A stretch of DNA of 64,000 bases from Trueperaceae bacterium (GCA_965215565.1 CBDCDZ010000004.1:4096001-4160000); one strand, 5' to 3'; shown: positions 50,534-60,009, numbered from the stretch's first letter. Notes: generated by a model from the letters alone, not told the origin. Made by a program: numbers and translations.

Positions 50534-50817
50534 GCCGCAGCTAGACTAACATCTCTATTCTTGACCGCCTTGACGACTCCCGTTTCGTCGTCAATATGTA
50601 CGACTTTGAAAGACCGTTTCGGCACGTTCGCGCCTGCTAGTTCCGCGATTCTATTTTGAGGGTAATCCCAAGGTCTGGAAAATCCGACGGTAACGAGCCA
50701 TCTTCCTGACTCATCATCAAATTCGACCTCTTCTAAACCAATATGGGAAAGCGATTCTGATTCGTATAGACTTTTGATATACTCGAGGGCAGTTTGTACA
50801 GCAGCTTTGACTTGCAT
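50530..50817 (-). CDS. Hypothetical protein coupled to the PIN gene (possible antitoxin)
   Basis: LEEVEFD...WLVTVGF; AGGAG RBS; 4-nt overlap with the PIN gene. Confidence 0.7.
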   Translation of the reverse strand: MQVKAAVQTALEYIKSLYESESLSHIGLEEVEFDDESGRWLVTVGFSRPWDYPQNRIAELAGANVPKRSFKVVHIDDETGVVKAVKNRDVSLAAA

Positions 50818-50877
50818 GAGTCGTTCTCCTTCCTGGTCTAAAGGCGTTAGCGCAGTAGGTTAATTATAGACCAATCA

Positions 50878-50961
50878 CTCAACCAACCTCCCGCGCCCCC
50901 AACTCCCTCTTAAAGCTCAACGCTTCAGGCGGCGTTGGCGTCGGGCGGCAGAGCCTCGAGC
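50878..50961. repeat. Composite inter-cassette repeat: R2 (50878-50910) plus R1 (50924-50961)
   Basis: CTCAACCAACCTCCCGCGCCCCCAAC matches the sequence from 51596; TTCAGGCGGCGTTGGCGTCGGGCGGCAGAGCCTCGAGC matches R1. Confidence 0.8.
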
Positions 50962-50976
50962 CTCTCAAAACAGACT

Positions 50977-51354
50977 TTATTCAAGAGGTTCCAAATGCTG
51001 TCCCAACCACCCTATCAGTTCACCACGCGAAATCTCAGACGACGCGACACCCAAAATAAGCTGCTCTTGCTCATCCACGCCAGCTTGAATTTCAAAGCCG
51101 TTGAGGAGAAGCGTCACTTCCATTGCGGCGTGACCGATGCGTTTGTTACCGTCCACGAAAGGGTGATTTTGAATGAGCAAGAAAGCGAGAGCCGCTGCTT
51201 TTTCCGTGAGGCTAGGGTAAAGTTCGGTATCGCCGAAGGTCATGGCGGGTTGAATAACTGCCGATTCCAAAGCGCCTAAATCTCTTACGCCTTCAGCGCC
51301 TCCCGATTGTTGGAGTAAGAGCTTATGCAGTTCCAAGGTCAGATAGCGCGTCAA
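50977..51354 (-). CDS. Death-on-curing (Doc/Fic) family toxin
   Basis: GVRDLGALESA and HPFVDGNKR motifs. Confidence 0.9.
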   Translation of the reverse strand: MTRYLTLELHKLLLQQSGGAEGVRDLGALESAVIQPAMTFGDTELYPSLTEKAAALAFLLIQNHPFVDGNKRIGHAAMEVTLLLNGFEIQAGVDEQEQLILGVASSEISRGELIGWLGQHLEPLE

Positions 51355-51545
51355 GCGAGTCGCTTGTACAACTCCGCGTTCTTCTCCAAGACGCGCTTCG
51401 CCGCATTTTGAAAGTTCGTGTGGCGCTCGAGTGTCTCTACCAAACTGTTCGCGGCAAATTCTTCAGGGCTGAGGTTGAGTTTGGACGCCGCTTGCTCGAG
51501 CTGCTTGGCTACATCATCGGAAAAAGTGATTTCGAGTTTTTGCAT
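51351..51545 (-). CDS. Putative antitoxin of Doc
   Basis: 64 aa ending KNAELYKRLA; overlaps the doc start; TAAAAT-N6-ATG. Confidence 0.8.
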   Translation of the reverse strand: MQKLEITFSDDVAKQLEQAASKLNLSPEEFAANSLVETLERHTNFQNAAKRVLEKNAELYKRLA

Positions 51546-51595
51546 AGGACTATTTTAGACTATTATGCTGGGCAACCTGTCGTGCAATTTGCTAC

Positions 51596-51679
51596 CTCAA
51601 CCAACCTCTCGCGCTCCAACTACCTCTCAGACGACACCCGGTCCTAATTCTTGCGCCTCACTAAAAGCCCCTCAATCCC
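51596..51679. repeat. Inter-cassette repeat R2, a degenerate copy of the DUF2442 gene 3' end
   Basis: Aligns with 51833-51915 (GGGATTGA.GGGCTTTT...GAGAGGTTGG on the minus strand). Confidence 0.75.
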
Positions 51680-51681
51680 AA

Positions 51682-51813
51682 CTAAGCCGCGTTCTTGTCG
51701 GTAAGCTCGAGCTTCTCCTCGAGCCAAGTCTGGATGAGCACTTCGGGTAACACATCCCTAAAGTCGGTGAGGTCTTCTAAAGAATCAAACTCGAGTTGTT
51801 TACTTTCTGGCAT
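51682..51813 (-). pseudogene. 43-aa remnant resembling an internally deleted CopG-type antitoxin
   Basis: AGGAGG RBS; MPESKQLEFDSLEDLTDFRDVLPEVLIQTWLEEKLELTDKNAA. Confidence 0.45.
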
Positions 51814-51828
51814 ACTGCCTCCTTTCTC

Positions 51829-52102
51829 TTACCCAACCTCTCGAGCCCCCAACCACCTCTCAAACAATTTCCGACTCTCCTGGCTCTTCCGCCCCGCCAA
51901 AAGCCCTTCAATCCCGATGTGCTCGTCCAAATCAGCCCAAGCGATAGCGTAGCCCTCCCCCAAAAGCTCCCAGTTCTCGCGCTCGGCTGCGCTGCCTGCG
52001 TCTAAGCGGGGGGATACCAGGCGAGTGGGACGCGAAGTTGTCTACCGTCCTCTAGGGTCACGGTGAGGGTGTTGGCGTCGATTTGTACGTCAGTTCCTAC
52101 GG
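51829..52102 (-). pseudogene. DUF2442 family pseudogene (5'-truncated and frameshifted)
   Basis: LTVTLEDGRQLRVPLAWYP, then RL...WELLGEGYAIAWADLDEHIGIEGLL in another frame; shift within G6 at 52008-52013; no start codon. Confidence 0.75.
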
Positions 52103-52327
52103 CTACACGCTCTCCAACATCGTCTTTTCATCCACCTTGTCGCCGTAGAGATGCGCCGCGTAGTCACCGCCACCCGTGAGGTGCTGAACCCCTCGGATGA
52201 GATAGTAGTCGGTCTCTAAAGTTACGAACTCGCCCACGCACGGCACGCGGGTAAGCTCTACGTCTCCAAGCGTTTTGTCCTCTGCCGCGTGACCTCTAAA
52301 CCTTGTATGTAAGACCATTTTGAGCAT
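52103..52327 (-). CDS. Hypothetical protein (74 aa)
   Basis: TAGGAT-N6-ATG leaderless start; RVPCVGEFV. Confidence 0.6.
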   Translation of the reverse strand: MLKMVLHTRFRGHAAEDKTLGDVELTRVPCVGEFVTLETDYYLIRGVQHLTGGGDYAAHLYGDKVDEKTMLESV

Positions 52328-52404
52328 GTCATCATCCTACCCGGTTTGGTGCAATCTAGCTAGCGCGACCTCACGCCCCATCCTACGGACGGTATACTGA
52401 GCCT

Positions 52405-52956
52405 ATGCCCCATTCCGCCGAACCTCTTAGGCTCATGTCGCCACGAGCTTACCTAGAGTTTGAGGAAACCGCAACAGAACGCCACGAGTATGTGGACGGC
52501 GTGATTCACGCGCTACCGGGCGAGACTTTGCGGCACAATAGAATCGCTGGCAGGCTCTACGCAACGCTGCTTTCATATGCGGATGAAAGAGGTTGCCGAA
52601 TTGCCTTTGAGGGCGTCAAGCTCTGGATTCCCAGTCTGAACCGCTACTACTACCCTGATGTGATGGTCCTCTGTGACCCGCGCGATACGGATGACAGAAT
52701 TTTTCAGTACCCCTGCTTTATTGCAGAAGTTTTTTCCCCAAGTACCGAGGCGACGGACAGGCGCGAGAAGTTGCAGGCGTATAGGACCATCGAAACTTTA
52801 CAGGGCTACCTCATGGTTGATCCTCGACGCAACGCCGCTGAGTATGTCAAGCGCACGCCGCAGGGGTGGCGGACGTATGCACTAGAAGAGGGTCATTTTG
52901 AGGTGGACTGCTTAGCGGCTTCGGTAGAGGTCCAGGCGCTTTTTGAAGGTGTATAG
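52405..52956 (+). CDS. Uma2 family endonuclease-like protein
   Basis: RHEYVDG, YYPDVMV and EVFSPSTEATDRREK motifs. Confidence 0.9.
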   Translation: MPHSAEPLRLMSPRAYLEFEETATERHEYVDGVIHALPGETLRHNRIAGRLYATLLSYADERGCRIAFEGVKLWIPSLNRYYYPDVMVLCDPRDTDDRIFQYPCFIAEVFSPSTEATDRREKLQAYRTIETLQGYLMVDPRRNAAEYVKRTPQGWRTYALEEGHFEVDCLAASVEVQALFEGV

Positions 52957-52980
52957 AGGAGGGCCCGTTGGATCATTCCA

Positions 52981-53997
52981 CTACTCAAACGTCTCCTCTA
53001 ACAGCTCGGAGAGGCGCGACAAGCAGCGGTAGTGCTTCTTGGCGTACGCGCCTGAGCGGTAGTCGGGGCTGAAGAGGTCCTCTAGCGCCACCTCGCCCGC
53101 GCCGCGAAAGCCTATCTTGAGGTCGTAGAGCTTGTCGATGAAGTGCACGAATCTGAGCGCGTCGTTCTGCTCGCTCAGGGTGCGCATCCCACTCAGGTAG
53201 AGCGTGCCCATCTGTCTCAAGAGCGCGCTGTAGCGAATCGGGTGATGCTCGCTCAAGAAGGTCAAAAGGTCGCGCCACCCAAGGTGAACTTGAGGGCCGG
53301 GGGCGGTTTCGGTCTCGAGCCGTTCTTGAAGTTTCTCCTCGCTCAGCAGCGTCGCTAGATAGTCGCGCTGGCGGTAGTCTGGACCCTCTAAAAGCACTGC
53401 GTCAAAGCGCTCGGCGATGCTCTGAATCTCGCGCTTAAAGTCTGAGGCGTTGAAGCGCCCCTGCCCTTGCGCCTCAGGCGGCGTGTTCGAGGTGGTCATG
53501 ACAAAGCTGCCGCGCTCAAAAGCGTGCGACAAAAAGGTCTTGACGATGAGCGTGTTGCCAGGGTCGTCGAGTTCGAACTCGTCGATGCAGAAGAGCTTGT
53601 AAGTGAGGTTCTCTTTCGCCTGCGCCATCCCCTGCGCGCCGATGACGTAGACAAGCTCCTGAAACGACATGTACGCCTTATCCTCTTCGGGCGCGTCGCA
53701 GGCGTGATACGCCGCTGCCAAGAGGTGAGTTTTACCCGTGCCGAAGCCGCCGTCTAAGTAGAGGCCGCGTCCTTGCGCGGCGGGCGCGTCTTGCCAGAAC
53801 CAGCGAAAAGGGGTCGGTTTACTCTGCGTGACCTCTTGCGCGAACGCCTGAGAGGTCATAGACGCCTCCTTTTGGCTCGGATGCTGCGGCTTGTAGCCCG
53901 CAAAGCTCGTCTCGCCGAAGCGCGGCGGCGGGCTGAACTGAGGCAGAGCGCGCGCTTTAGGGAGGGTCAGGTCTTGGGCGCTAAGAACGTCAGGCAC
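52981..53997 (-). CDS. zapE: Cell division ATPase ZapE (AFG1-like)
   Basis: GLYLDGGFGTGKTHL, CIDEFELDDPG, TSNTPP and GPDYR motifs. Confidence 0.9.
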   Translation of the reverse strand: MPDVLSAQDLTLPKARALPQFSPPPRFGETSFAGYKPQHPSQKEASMTSQAFAQEVTQSKPTPFRWFWQDAPAAQGRGLYLDGGFGTGKTHLLAAAYHACDAPEEDKAYMSFQELVYVIGAQGMAQAKENLTYKLFCIDEFELDDPGNTLIVKTFLSHAFERGSFVMTTSNTPPEAQGQGRFNASDFKREIQSIAERFDAVLLEGPDYRQRDYLATLLSEEKLQERLETETAPGPQVHLGWRDLLTFLSEHHPIRYSALLRQMGTLYLSGMRTLSEQNDALRFVHFIDKLYDLKIGFRGAGEVALEDLFSPDYRSGAYAKKHYRCLSRLSELLEETFE

Positions 53998-54230
53998 AAG
54001 CTTGAGCTTAACACGGAAAGAGGGCTTGCCTTCCGCTGTACGAGATACGCTGAAAAGTCGGTTGAGGGAGGTGTTGTGTAGGGGGAATTAGAGAATACAG
54101 AAGGAGGAATACAAAATGGGAGCCTATATTCTCCATTTTGTATTCCTCCTTCATTGAGCCGGTCAAATGACTTTTCGTTCAGTCCCCGCTATATGTTGAG
54201 ATTGACAACTGTGACACTCTCTCAGTAAGG

Positions 54231-54737
54231 TCAGTCCTCTTCGGACTCACTGAGAGACCCCTTGCGCGCTCCTCGGCTCGACTTGTACCACGGCTTATCC
54301 CCCGTGCTAGGCGCGCTAAGTAGCCCCTCGTCCTCCATTTTGTTGATCGTGTCGATGTCGCGGACGTTTTTCTGAATCGTCGTCGCGGCGAACAAGCTGA
54401 GCGTGAACGCCATGCCGTAGAACCCCTTTTCACTGAGCCCGAACGAGGCGTTCCAGAGCCCGATAACCATGAGCGCGAGCGCGCTGAGAACGGCGGTCCA
54501 AGCGATGCCGTAATAGATGCCGGTCACGGGAATGTCCTGCTGACGGTCCCTGACCGCCTTTTGCAGCGAGATGACCGAAAAGAGCCCGAAGAGCATGAGG
54601 ATGAAGTAAAACCCCTTTTCGCCGAGCCCGAAAGAAGCGTTCCAGAGCCCGACGAAGTAGGCGGTGGTGCCGACGAAGAGCGCGGACCAAGACGCGCCGA
54701 CAAAGGCGTTGGTGGGTTTGGGAAGCGTATGTGCCAT
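54231..54737 (-). CDS. Inner membrane protein of the YiaA family
   Basis: Two GLWNA...EKGFY...QK.VRD repeats. Confidence 0.88.
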   Translation of the reverse strand: MAHTLPKPTNAFVGASWSALFVGTTAYFVGLWNASFGLGEKGFYFILMLFGLFSVISLQKAVRDRQQDIPVTGIYYGIAWTAVLSALALMVIGLWNASFGLSEKGFYGMAFTLSLFAATTIQKNVRDIDTINKMEDEGLLSAPSTGDKPWYKSSRGARKGSLSESEED

Positions 54738-55396
54738 GAGGTTGCTCCTAAGTTGAGGTGTCGCCGTTCTAATATCGCTTAGAACGGGGCTCGAGGTCAC
54801 ACTACCGGGAACGAGATGGACTGTCTCGACTTGTGTCACGACCTCATCAAGCCAGCATACTCGGGCGCGTTTCGCCAGATTTCGAAAAGGTCACAGAAGG
54901 GCATGTAGATTTTTTCCGAAAGCCAGAGGCATTGTTGAAGTGCGGAAGGGTCACTCATGTGTTCGCGAAGCAGCTCCAACCTTCGCTTTTCCTCATCGCC
55001 GTAAGCGTAGCCAGAACTAAAGTGATGGTTCTCTACAAAGACGGCAGGGTGATATTCGCCAAGGAATAGGAAAAAGCCTTTGGGGATAGCTCGAGCACGC
55101 GGGTGTCAGCCGTGAGATTCATCTTGCCAGTTTATCATCTCGGCGTATTTCCTCTCCGTCAACGCCGCTAGCTACCGCTGAGTAAAAGGGAATATCTTCC
55201 GCTATAGAGGGCTTTGCCAGGTTGCTGCTCGCAGCGCGGAGAAGTTGCCGTCGTGAAATTTACGGGTAAAGCGCCCCTATAGACTGCTCGCTTGCTCAGG
55301 AATTTCTTTAGGCTAACAATAGTCGCATCTCGGTTAAACGTGTTAGCCACGGTCTCCCCGCTAAGTAAATGATGAAGTGCGGCAGAAAGGATATAT

Positions 55397-56188
55397 ATGA
55401 AGCGTAGTAGAATCTACCAGGTTTTATCCCTTTTGCTCTTCGCAGGTCTTTTGGCAAGCTGTAGCGATGTGTCGCAGCAAGAGGTGGTCGAGGAGCAGAG
55501 CACAGATACCTATGCGTTTAGCGCGCAGACCAGTAGCGGTTTGCTCTCGGGCGAGCTGACGCTAATTGAAGATGGCAGATGGGACGACTATGGAGGGGAC
55601 CGCGATTTTAGCTTCCAGTCATTTGATGCCCAGCTGAGGTTAGAAGACGGAACTCAGGTTAGCGGTCCTGCTTTCTTGCGAAACGGGGACGTTAGTCTAT
55701 ATCTCAGTAACAGAAGCGGTCAGTATATTAGAGGTGGTGGTCAAGCCAATGTTGACGGTTCGCTGAGTGGAGGGCTTAATGGACGAGTGAGCAACCAGCT
55801 TGTTACAGGTTCATGGACAGCGACCCCGATGAGTGGCTCAGGCAATACGCCCGACCCGACTCCTCCAGATGATGGTGATGATGGCAACCCACCCCCTTCC
55901 AATCCCGGTGACTCTGGGCAAGGCAACTTAACTGTCAACATCTTATCCAGCCCGAGTAACGTAAGTGTTGCGGTGACAGCTGAACTGGTCGGCGGAGGGG
56001 ACAATAGCTCTGTCAGTCTAAGCGGTTCCTCCAGTAGTAGCAGCGGCGGAGACCTGCTAGGAGTAATTGACGCTCCAGCCTCTGCGGGCGAATACCTGAT
56101 CAAAGTTAGCGGTGAAGGTGTTGTGGTACAAGACCGCTCCATCACGGTTGACCCTGGCGAAGATAAAGTGGTAAATATCACGCTCTAA
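55397..56188 (+). CDS. Hypothetical lipoprotein with Pro/Gly-rich linker
   Basis: LLASC lipobox. Confidence 0.7.
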   Translation: MKRSRIYQVLSLLLFAGLLASCSDVSQQEVVEEQSTDTYAFSAQTSSGLLSGELTLIEDGRWDDYGGDRDFSFQSFDAQLRLEDGTQVSGPAFLRNGDVSLYLSNRSGQYIRGGGQANVDGSLSGGLNGRVSNQLVTGSWTATPMSGSGNTPDPTPPDDGDDGNPPPSNPGDSGQGNLTVNILSSPSNVSVAVTAELVGGGDNSSVSLSGSSSSSSGGDLLGVIDAPASAGEYLIKVSGEGVVVQDRSITVDPGEDKVVNITL

Positions 56189-56203
56189 GTTATGTCCGAA
56201 TAC

Positions 56204-56233
56204 AAGAGAGGCTCGAGTGCTCGAGCCTCTCTT
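56204..56233. terminator. Bidirectional terminator-like hairpin built from two CTCGAG sites
   Basis: AAGAGAGGCTCGAG-TG-CTCGAGCCTCTCTT between convergent genes. Confidence 0.7.
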
Positions 56234-56241
56234 TCAGTGGG

Positions 56242-57447
56242 CTAGAGCGTCTTCTCCGTCTCTGTAGGGACCTTATGGTTTGCATCCGCAGGGCTCGAGT
56301 CACCTTTCCCAGCACGCGCTAGCTGCGCGAACACCGTCACCAGCCCGAGCGCTACTGCCACGAGCCCAAGCGCCCCCGCGAGCGTCACGAGTTCGGCGGC
56401 AAACCCGATTAAAGGCGGACCCGCCAACCACCCTAAATAACCGAGCGTCGCTACCGCCGCAATTCCTGTACCCGGCGCAATCCCTGGCGTGCGCCCTGCG
56501 GCGCTAAAGAAGACGGGCACGAGGTTGGCAAGTCCGAGCCCGACGCAGCCGAAGCCGATGATGGCGGCGAGAGGTTGTCCGGTGAGGAGTGACAAGCCGA
56601 GCCCAGCGCCCGCCACCAAACTACCAAAGCGCACCGTCCTAGCTGAGCCGAGCCGCCCCACCACCACGTCACCCGTCAAGCGCCCCACCGCCATCATCAG
56701 TGAGAAGGAGGCGAAACCGGCAGCGGCGAGCCCGGTGCTCGTTCCTAAAACGTTGCGCAAGTAAACCGCGCTCCAGTCCGCCATCGCCCCTTCACCGACG
56801 AAAACGACGAAAGCCAAGAGTCCGAGCCCGAGCAGCGAGCCTGTGGGCAGCACAAAGGCGGGACCATCCGAAGAGGTTGAACCTTCCGCGCTTTTAGGCA
56901 AGAGGTGGCGAAGCACGAATACGCCCGCGCTCAGAAAAACGAGCGACGCGCTCGTCATGTGCAGAATCGGGCTCACGCCGCTCTCCAAAACCAATCCGCC
57001 AAGACCCGCCCCGAAGAGCCCACCTAAGCTAAAGAAGCCGTGAAACGACGACATGATGGGCTTGTCGTAACGCTGTTCCACGGCGACGGCTTGCGTGTTC
57101 ATCGCCACGTCCATCGCGCCGTTGCAGAGTCCGAAAAAGATGAGCGAGAGGACGAGGGGCGCGAAAGATGGCGCGAGCACGAGCGGCGGTAGCGACAAGC
57201 AAAAGGCAACCGTAGATACGCTCGTCACCGCGCGGCTGCCGAAGTGGGCGATAAGCCAGCCCGAGAGCGTCAGCGAAAAGACTGCGCCCAGGGCGACGCC
57301 TAAAAGTGCCAGCCCGAGCAGTCCCTCGGATAAGCTCAGCTTTTCTTGCACGAGCGGGATGTGCGGCACCCAACTGGCGATGGTTGCGCCGTTGACGAAG
57401 AAGATGGTGAGGACCGCGAGTCGGGCGACTTTGGGACGTGAGGTCAT
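56242..57447 (-). CDS. MFS transporter
   Basis: About 12 transmembrane segments; DVAMNTQA, MSSFHG and EGAMADWS motifs. Confidence 0.92.
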   Translation of the reverse strand: MTSRPKVARLAVLTIFFVNGATIASWVPHIPLVQEKLSLSEGLLGLALLGVALGAVFSLTLSGWLIAHFGSRAVTSVSTVAFCLSLPPLVLAPSFAPLVLSLIFFGLCNGAMDVAMNTQAVAVEQRYDKPIMSSFHGFFSLGGLFGAGLGGLVLESGVSPILHMTSASLVFLSAGVFVLRHLLPKSAEGSTSSDGPAFVLPTGSLLGLGLLAFVVFVGEGAMADWSAVYLRNVLGTSTGLAAAGFASFSLMMAVGRLTGDVVVGRLGSARTVRFGSLVAGAGLGLSLLTGQPLAAIIGFGCVGLGLANLVPVFFSAAGRTPGIAPGTGIAAVATLGYLGWLAGPPLIGFAAELVTLAGALGLVAVALGLVTVFAQLARAGKGDSSPADANHKVPTETEKTL

Positions 57448-57469
57448 GAGGTCTCCGTTATTTTATCCG

Positions 57470-59059
57470 TTAGTTGGATTGCAGAATCACACCTTCGAAG
57501 GGGCGCAGTTTGAGCGGTTGTTCGGCTTGACCTCTTCTGCCGAGTTCTGTTGAGAGCGTCACGCACCAGTCCGCTTCATCAGGTGGCGTGACCTCTCGAG
57601 CCTCTGCTGAAAAGTTGAGTAGTACCAGGGCTTTCGACGCTTCAACCTCTCGCCGGTAGCCGAATACGTCGTTCGGTGTGTCATCTAAAGGTTCGTAGCT
57701 GCCGATATTCAAAGCGGGCGTGTTGCGGCGCAGTTCCAACAACCTCTTGTAAAGCCACAGCATAGAGGTCTCGTCTTGCTTCTCAACCTCGACATTGACG
57801 CGCTCATAGTTCTCCGCAACGGGTAGCCAAGGCTCAGCTTCCGAAAAACCCGCGTACGTCTCCGCGTTCCACTGCATCGGCGTGCGCACGCCGTCTCTGG
57901 TCGTGCCCGTTTGGTAGACGGTGAAGGGGTCTTGCTGCTTTTCGGGTGGTACGTCTACGTTCGTCATATTCAACTCGTCGCCGTAGTACAGAAAGGGCGT
58001 GCCGCGTAAGCTCAAGAGGAGCATGGCGGCGAGCCGCGCCGCCTCCCCATGACGACTCAAGCGGGGCATATCGTGGTTGGCGAGGTTATAATTGGGTTGG
58101 TTATCGCCTAGCGCCGCGTCGTAAGCGTCTATCTTGGCCCGGAGCGTGTCCGCCTCCAGCGGCAAGAACATCAGCCCGAAGTAGAAAGGTAGGTCGAGCC
58201 CATTGCCGTTGCCATAATAGGCGTTAATCTGCTCCGGCTCTAAGTAATACAAAATCTCCCCTACAAGCACGCGCTCGGGGTAGGCGTGAATCGTGCGGGC
58301 CATCTCGAGGATGTAGTCGTGCGTCTCCGGCTGGTTGAGGTGGTATTTGGCGGCGGCGAGGTAGTCCTCAGCCTGCGCCGTATAGGGCGGTTCGTCTCGG
58401 AATTCGGCGTCTTTGCCTAAAAAGTCGAGCATATCGACGCGAAAGCCGTCCGCGCCGCGCTCTAACCAGAAGCGCAAGGCGTCCATCATCGCCTCTTTCA
58501 CCTCTTCATTGCGCCAGTTGAGTTCGGGCTGATAGGGGGAAAAGGACGCTAGGTAATACTGCGCCGTAGCTTCGTCCCAGACCCAAGCCGAACCGGGCGT
58601 ATCCAAACCGTTGACGCTCCGCCAGTTGTTCGGGGGGGAGCCGTCTGGCTTCGCGTCGCGCCAGGTGTACCAGTCGCGTTTGGGGTTGTCCTTGGAACTG
58701 CGCGATTCTACAAACCAGGGGTGCTCGTCTGAGGAGTGGTTCGGTACGAAGTCGAGGATGATCTTGAGGTTGCGCCCGTGCGCTTCACGAATGAGGTCAT
58801 CGAAATCTTCTAGGGTGCCGAAAAGCGGGTCAACGCCCGTATAGTCCGACACGTCGTAGCCGAAGTCTCGGTTGGGCGAGGGGTAGATAGGGGAGAGCCA
58901 CACCGCGTCTACGCCTAGCCACTCGAGATACTCCAACTTCTCCGTAATCCCTCTGAGGTCGCCGACGCCATTTCCTGTGGTGTCCTTAAAGCTGCGCGGA
59001 TAGATTTGGTAGATGACGCCCTTTTTCCACCACGTATGCTCTTTTGTAAGTTGAGTCAT
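57470..59059 (-). CDS. GH13 alpha-glucosidase
   Basis: YQIYPRSFKD, DFGYDVSDY, DGFRVD, NHD and RDGVRTPMQW motifs. Confidence 0.93.
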   Translation of the reverse strand: MTQLTKEHTWWKKGVIYQIYPRSFKDTTGNGVGDLRGITEKLEYLEWLGVDAVWLSPIYPSPNRDFGYDVSDYTGVDPLFGTLEDFDDLIREAHGRNLKIILDFVPNHSSDEHPWFVESRSSKDNPKRDWYTWRDAKPDGSPPNNWRSVNGLDTPGSAWVWDEATAQYYLASFSPYQPELNWRNEEVKEAMMDALRFWLERGADGFRVDMLDFLGKDAEFRDEPPYTAQAEDYLAAAKYHLNQPETHDYILEMARTIHAYPERVLVGEILYYLEPEQINAYYGNGNGLDLPFYFGLMFLPLEADTLRAKIDAYDAALGDNQPNYNLANHDMPRLSRHGEAARLAAMLLLSLRGTPFLYYGDELNMTNVDVPPEKQQDPFTVYQTGTTRDGVRTPMQWNAETYAGFSEAEPWLPVAENYERVNVEVEKQDETSMLWLYKRLLELRRNTPALNIGSYEPLDDTPNDVFGYRREVEASKALVLLNFSAEAREVTPPDEADWCVTLSTELGRRGQAEQPLKLRPFEGVILQSN

Positions 59060-59121
59060 GGGTTTTCCTTTCGGTTTTTATGTTCGGTTCAAGTTGAACA
59101 GATGAAGAGGTGAGGGTTTGT

Positions 59122-59703
59122 TTAGCTCGAGTGCAGTTCACCCTCGGGCGGACCGATGTGAAAGTCGCGAAAGGTCGCCCGCAAGCCCGAACGCTCGGGG
59201 GTGCAGCACATGACGCCGACTTTGATAGGGTCAGAAGCAGGAAAGTCAGCGAGGCGCAAGAGGTAAGCGGAACCCTCCCGCAGAACTTGAACTAAGAGCG
59301 CCCCACCCCGGCGCGTGAGGCGGAGCGTCACCTCTGAGGCGTCTGTATTCAAATTCGTATTCAAAGAGGTCACGGACCAGTCGCTACGCTCCCGCGTGAC
59401 CACTGTGCTGAGTAGCTGTTTGCCGTCACTGTACTCAACCCCCGCTTTGACCCAATACCGCTCGTCTAAGCGCAGCATCAGCCCCGCTTGGTCGTAGAGG
59501 TGCGCGTACTGAGCGCTGAACGTCACCTCGGCGGTGAAGTCGCCCTCGGTTTCGGTATAGAAAAAGTGTCCGTTGTCGCGCACAAAGCCGTAGTGCGTCT
59601 CGCGCCAGAAGTCGGTGCGCTCGCCTGTGGTGACGCTCAAGCGGTTGTTTTCGACGTTCCAGTCGGGCGGCTCGCCTAGCCAGTACATGTCGGTGAACTT
59701 CAT
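59122..59703 (-). CDS. DUF1349 family protein
   Basis: TDFWRETHYGF, YDQAGL, WVKAGVE and CCTPER motifs; start at MKFTDM after AGGAG. Confidence 0.85.
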   Translation of the reverse strand: MKFTDMYWLGEPPDWNVENNRLSVTTGERTDFWRETHYGFVRDNGHFFYTETEGDFTAEVTFSAQYAHLYDQAGLMLRLDERYWVKAGVEYSDGKQLLSTVVTRERSDWSVTSLNTNLNTDASEVTLRLTRRGGALLVQVLREGSAYLLRLADFPASDPIKVGVMCCTPERSGLRATFRDFHIGPPEGELHSS

Positions 59704-59750
59704 AGTGTTCGCTCCTTGTTTTAAGAGTGCGGGTTGACTCGAGTCTTCGG

Positions 59751-59993
59751 TTACATGCGGCATACAAAAGAAAACATCGAGATAACGCCCAACCACATCG
59801 GGATAGCGATAAAAACCTTGCCGAGCGTGAAGATACTTGTTACGTCTGCGCCAAAAAGTTGCGCGACGCCCCCGACAATCAGCGTGATGAGACCGAGCGC
59901 GGTCAAGAGAACGAGCGCGAGGAGAAGCGCCGTGCGTTTTGCGCCGAAGAGGGTTCGGCTTTCGCGAGTCATGATGCGAATCGTACGTTTCAT
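59751..59993 (-). CDS. Small two-helix membrane protein
   Basis: Two hydrophobic helices; GGAGG RBS; lies within the operon. Confidence 0.5.
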   Translation of the reverse strand: MKRTIRIMTRESRTLFGAKRTALLLALVLLTALGLITLIVGGVAQLFGADVTSIFTLGKVFIAIPMWLGVISMFSFVCRM

Positions 59994-60009
59994 GAGCATC
60001 CTCCACGTT

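Noticed and set aside
48541..52102. R1/R2 repeats as a CRISPR array or integron attC sites
   Set aside because: The repeats are long, degenerate and separated by whole genes; no cas or integrase gene; no clear attC box symmetry seen.
54840..55390. Short ORFs or a riboswitch between yiaA and the lipoprotein gene
   Set aside because: No recognisable domain, RBS or riboswitch consensus.
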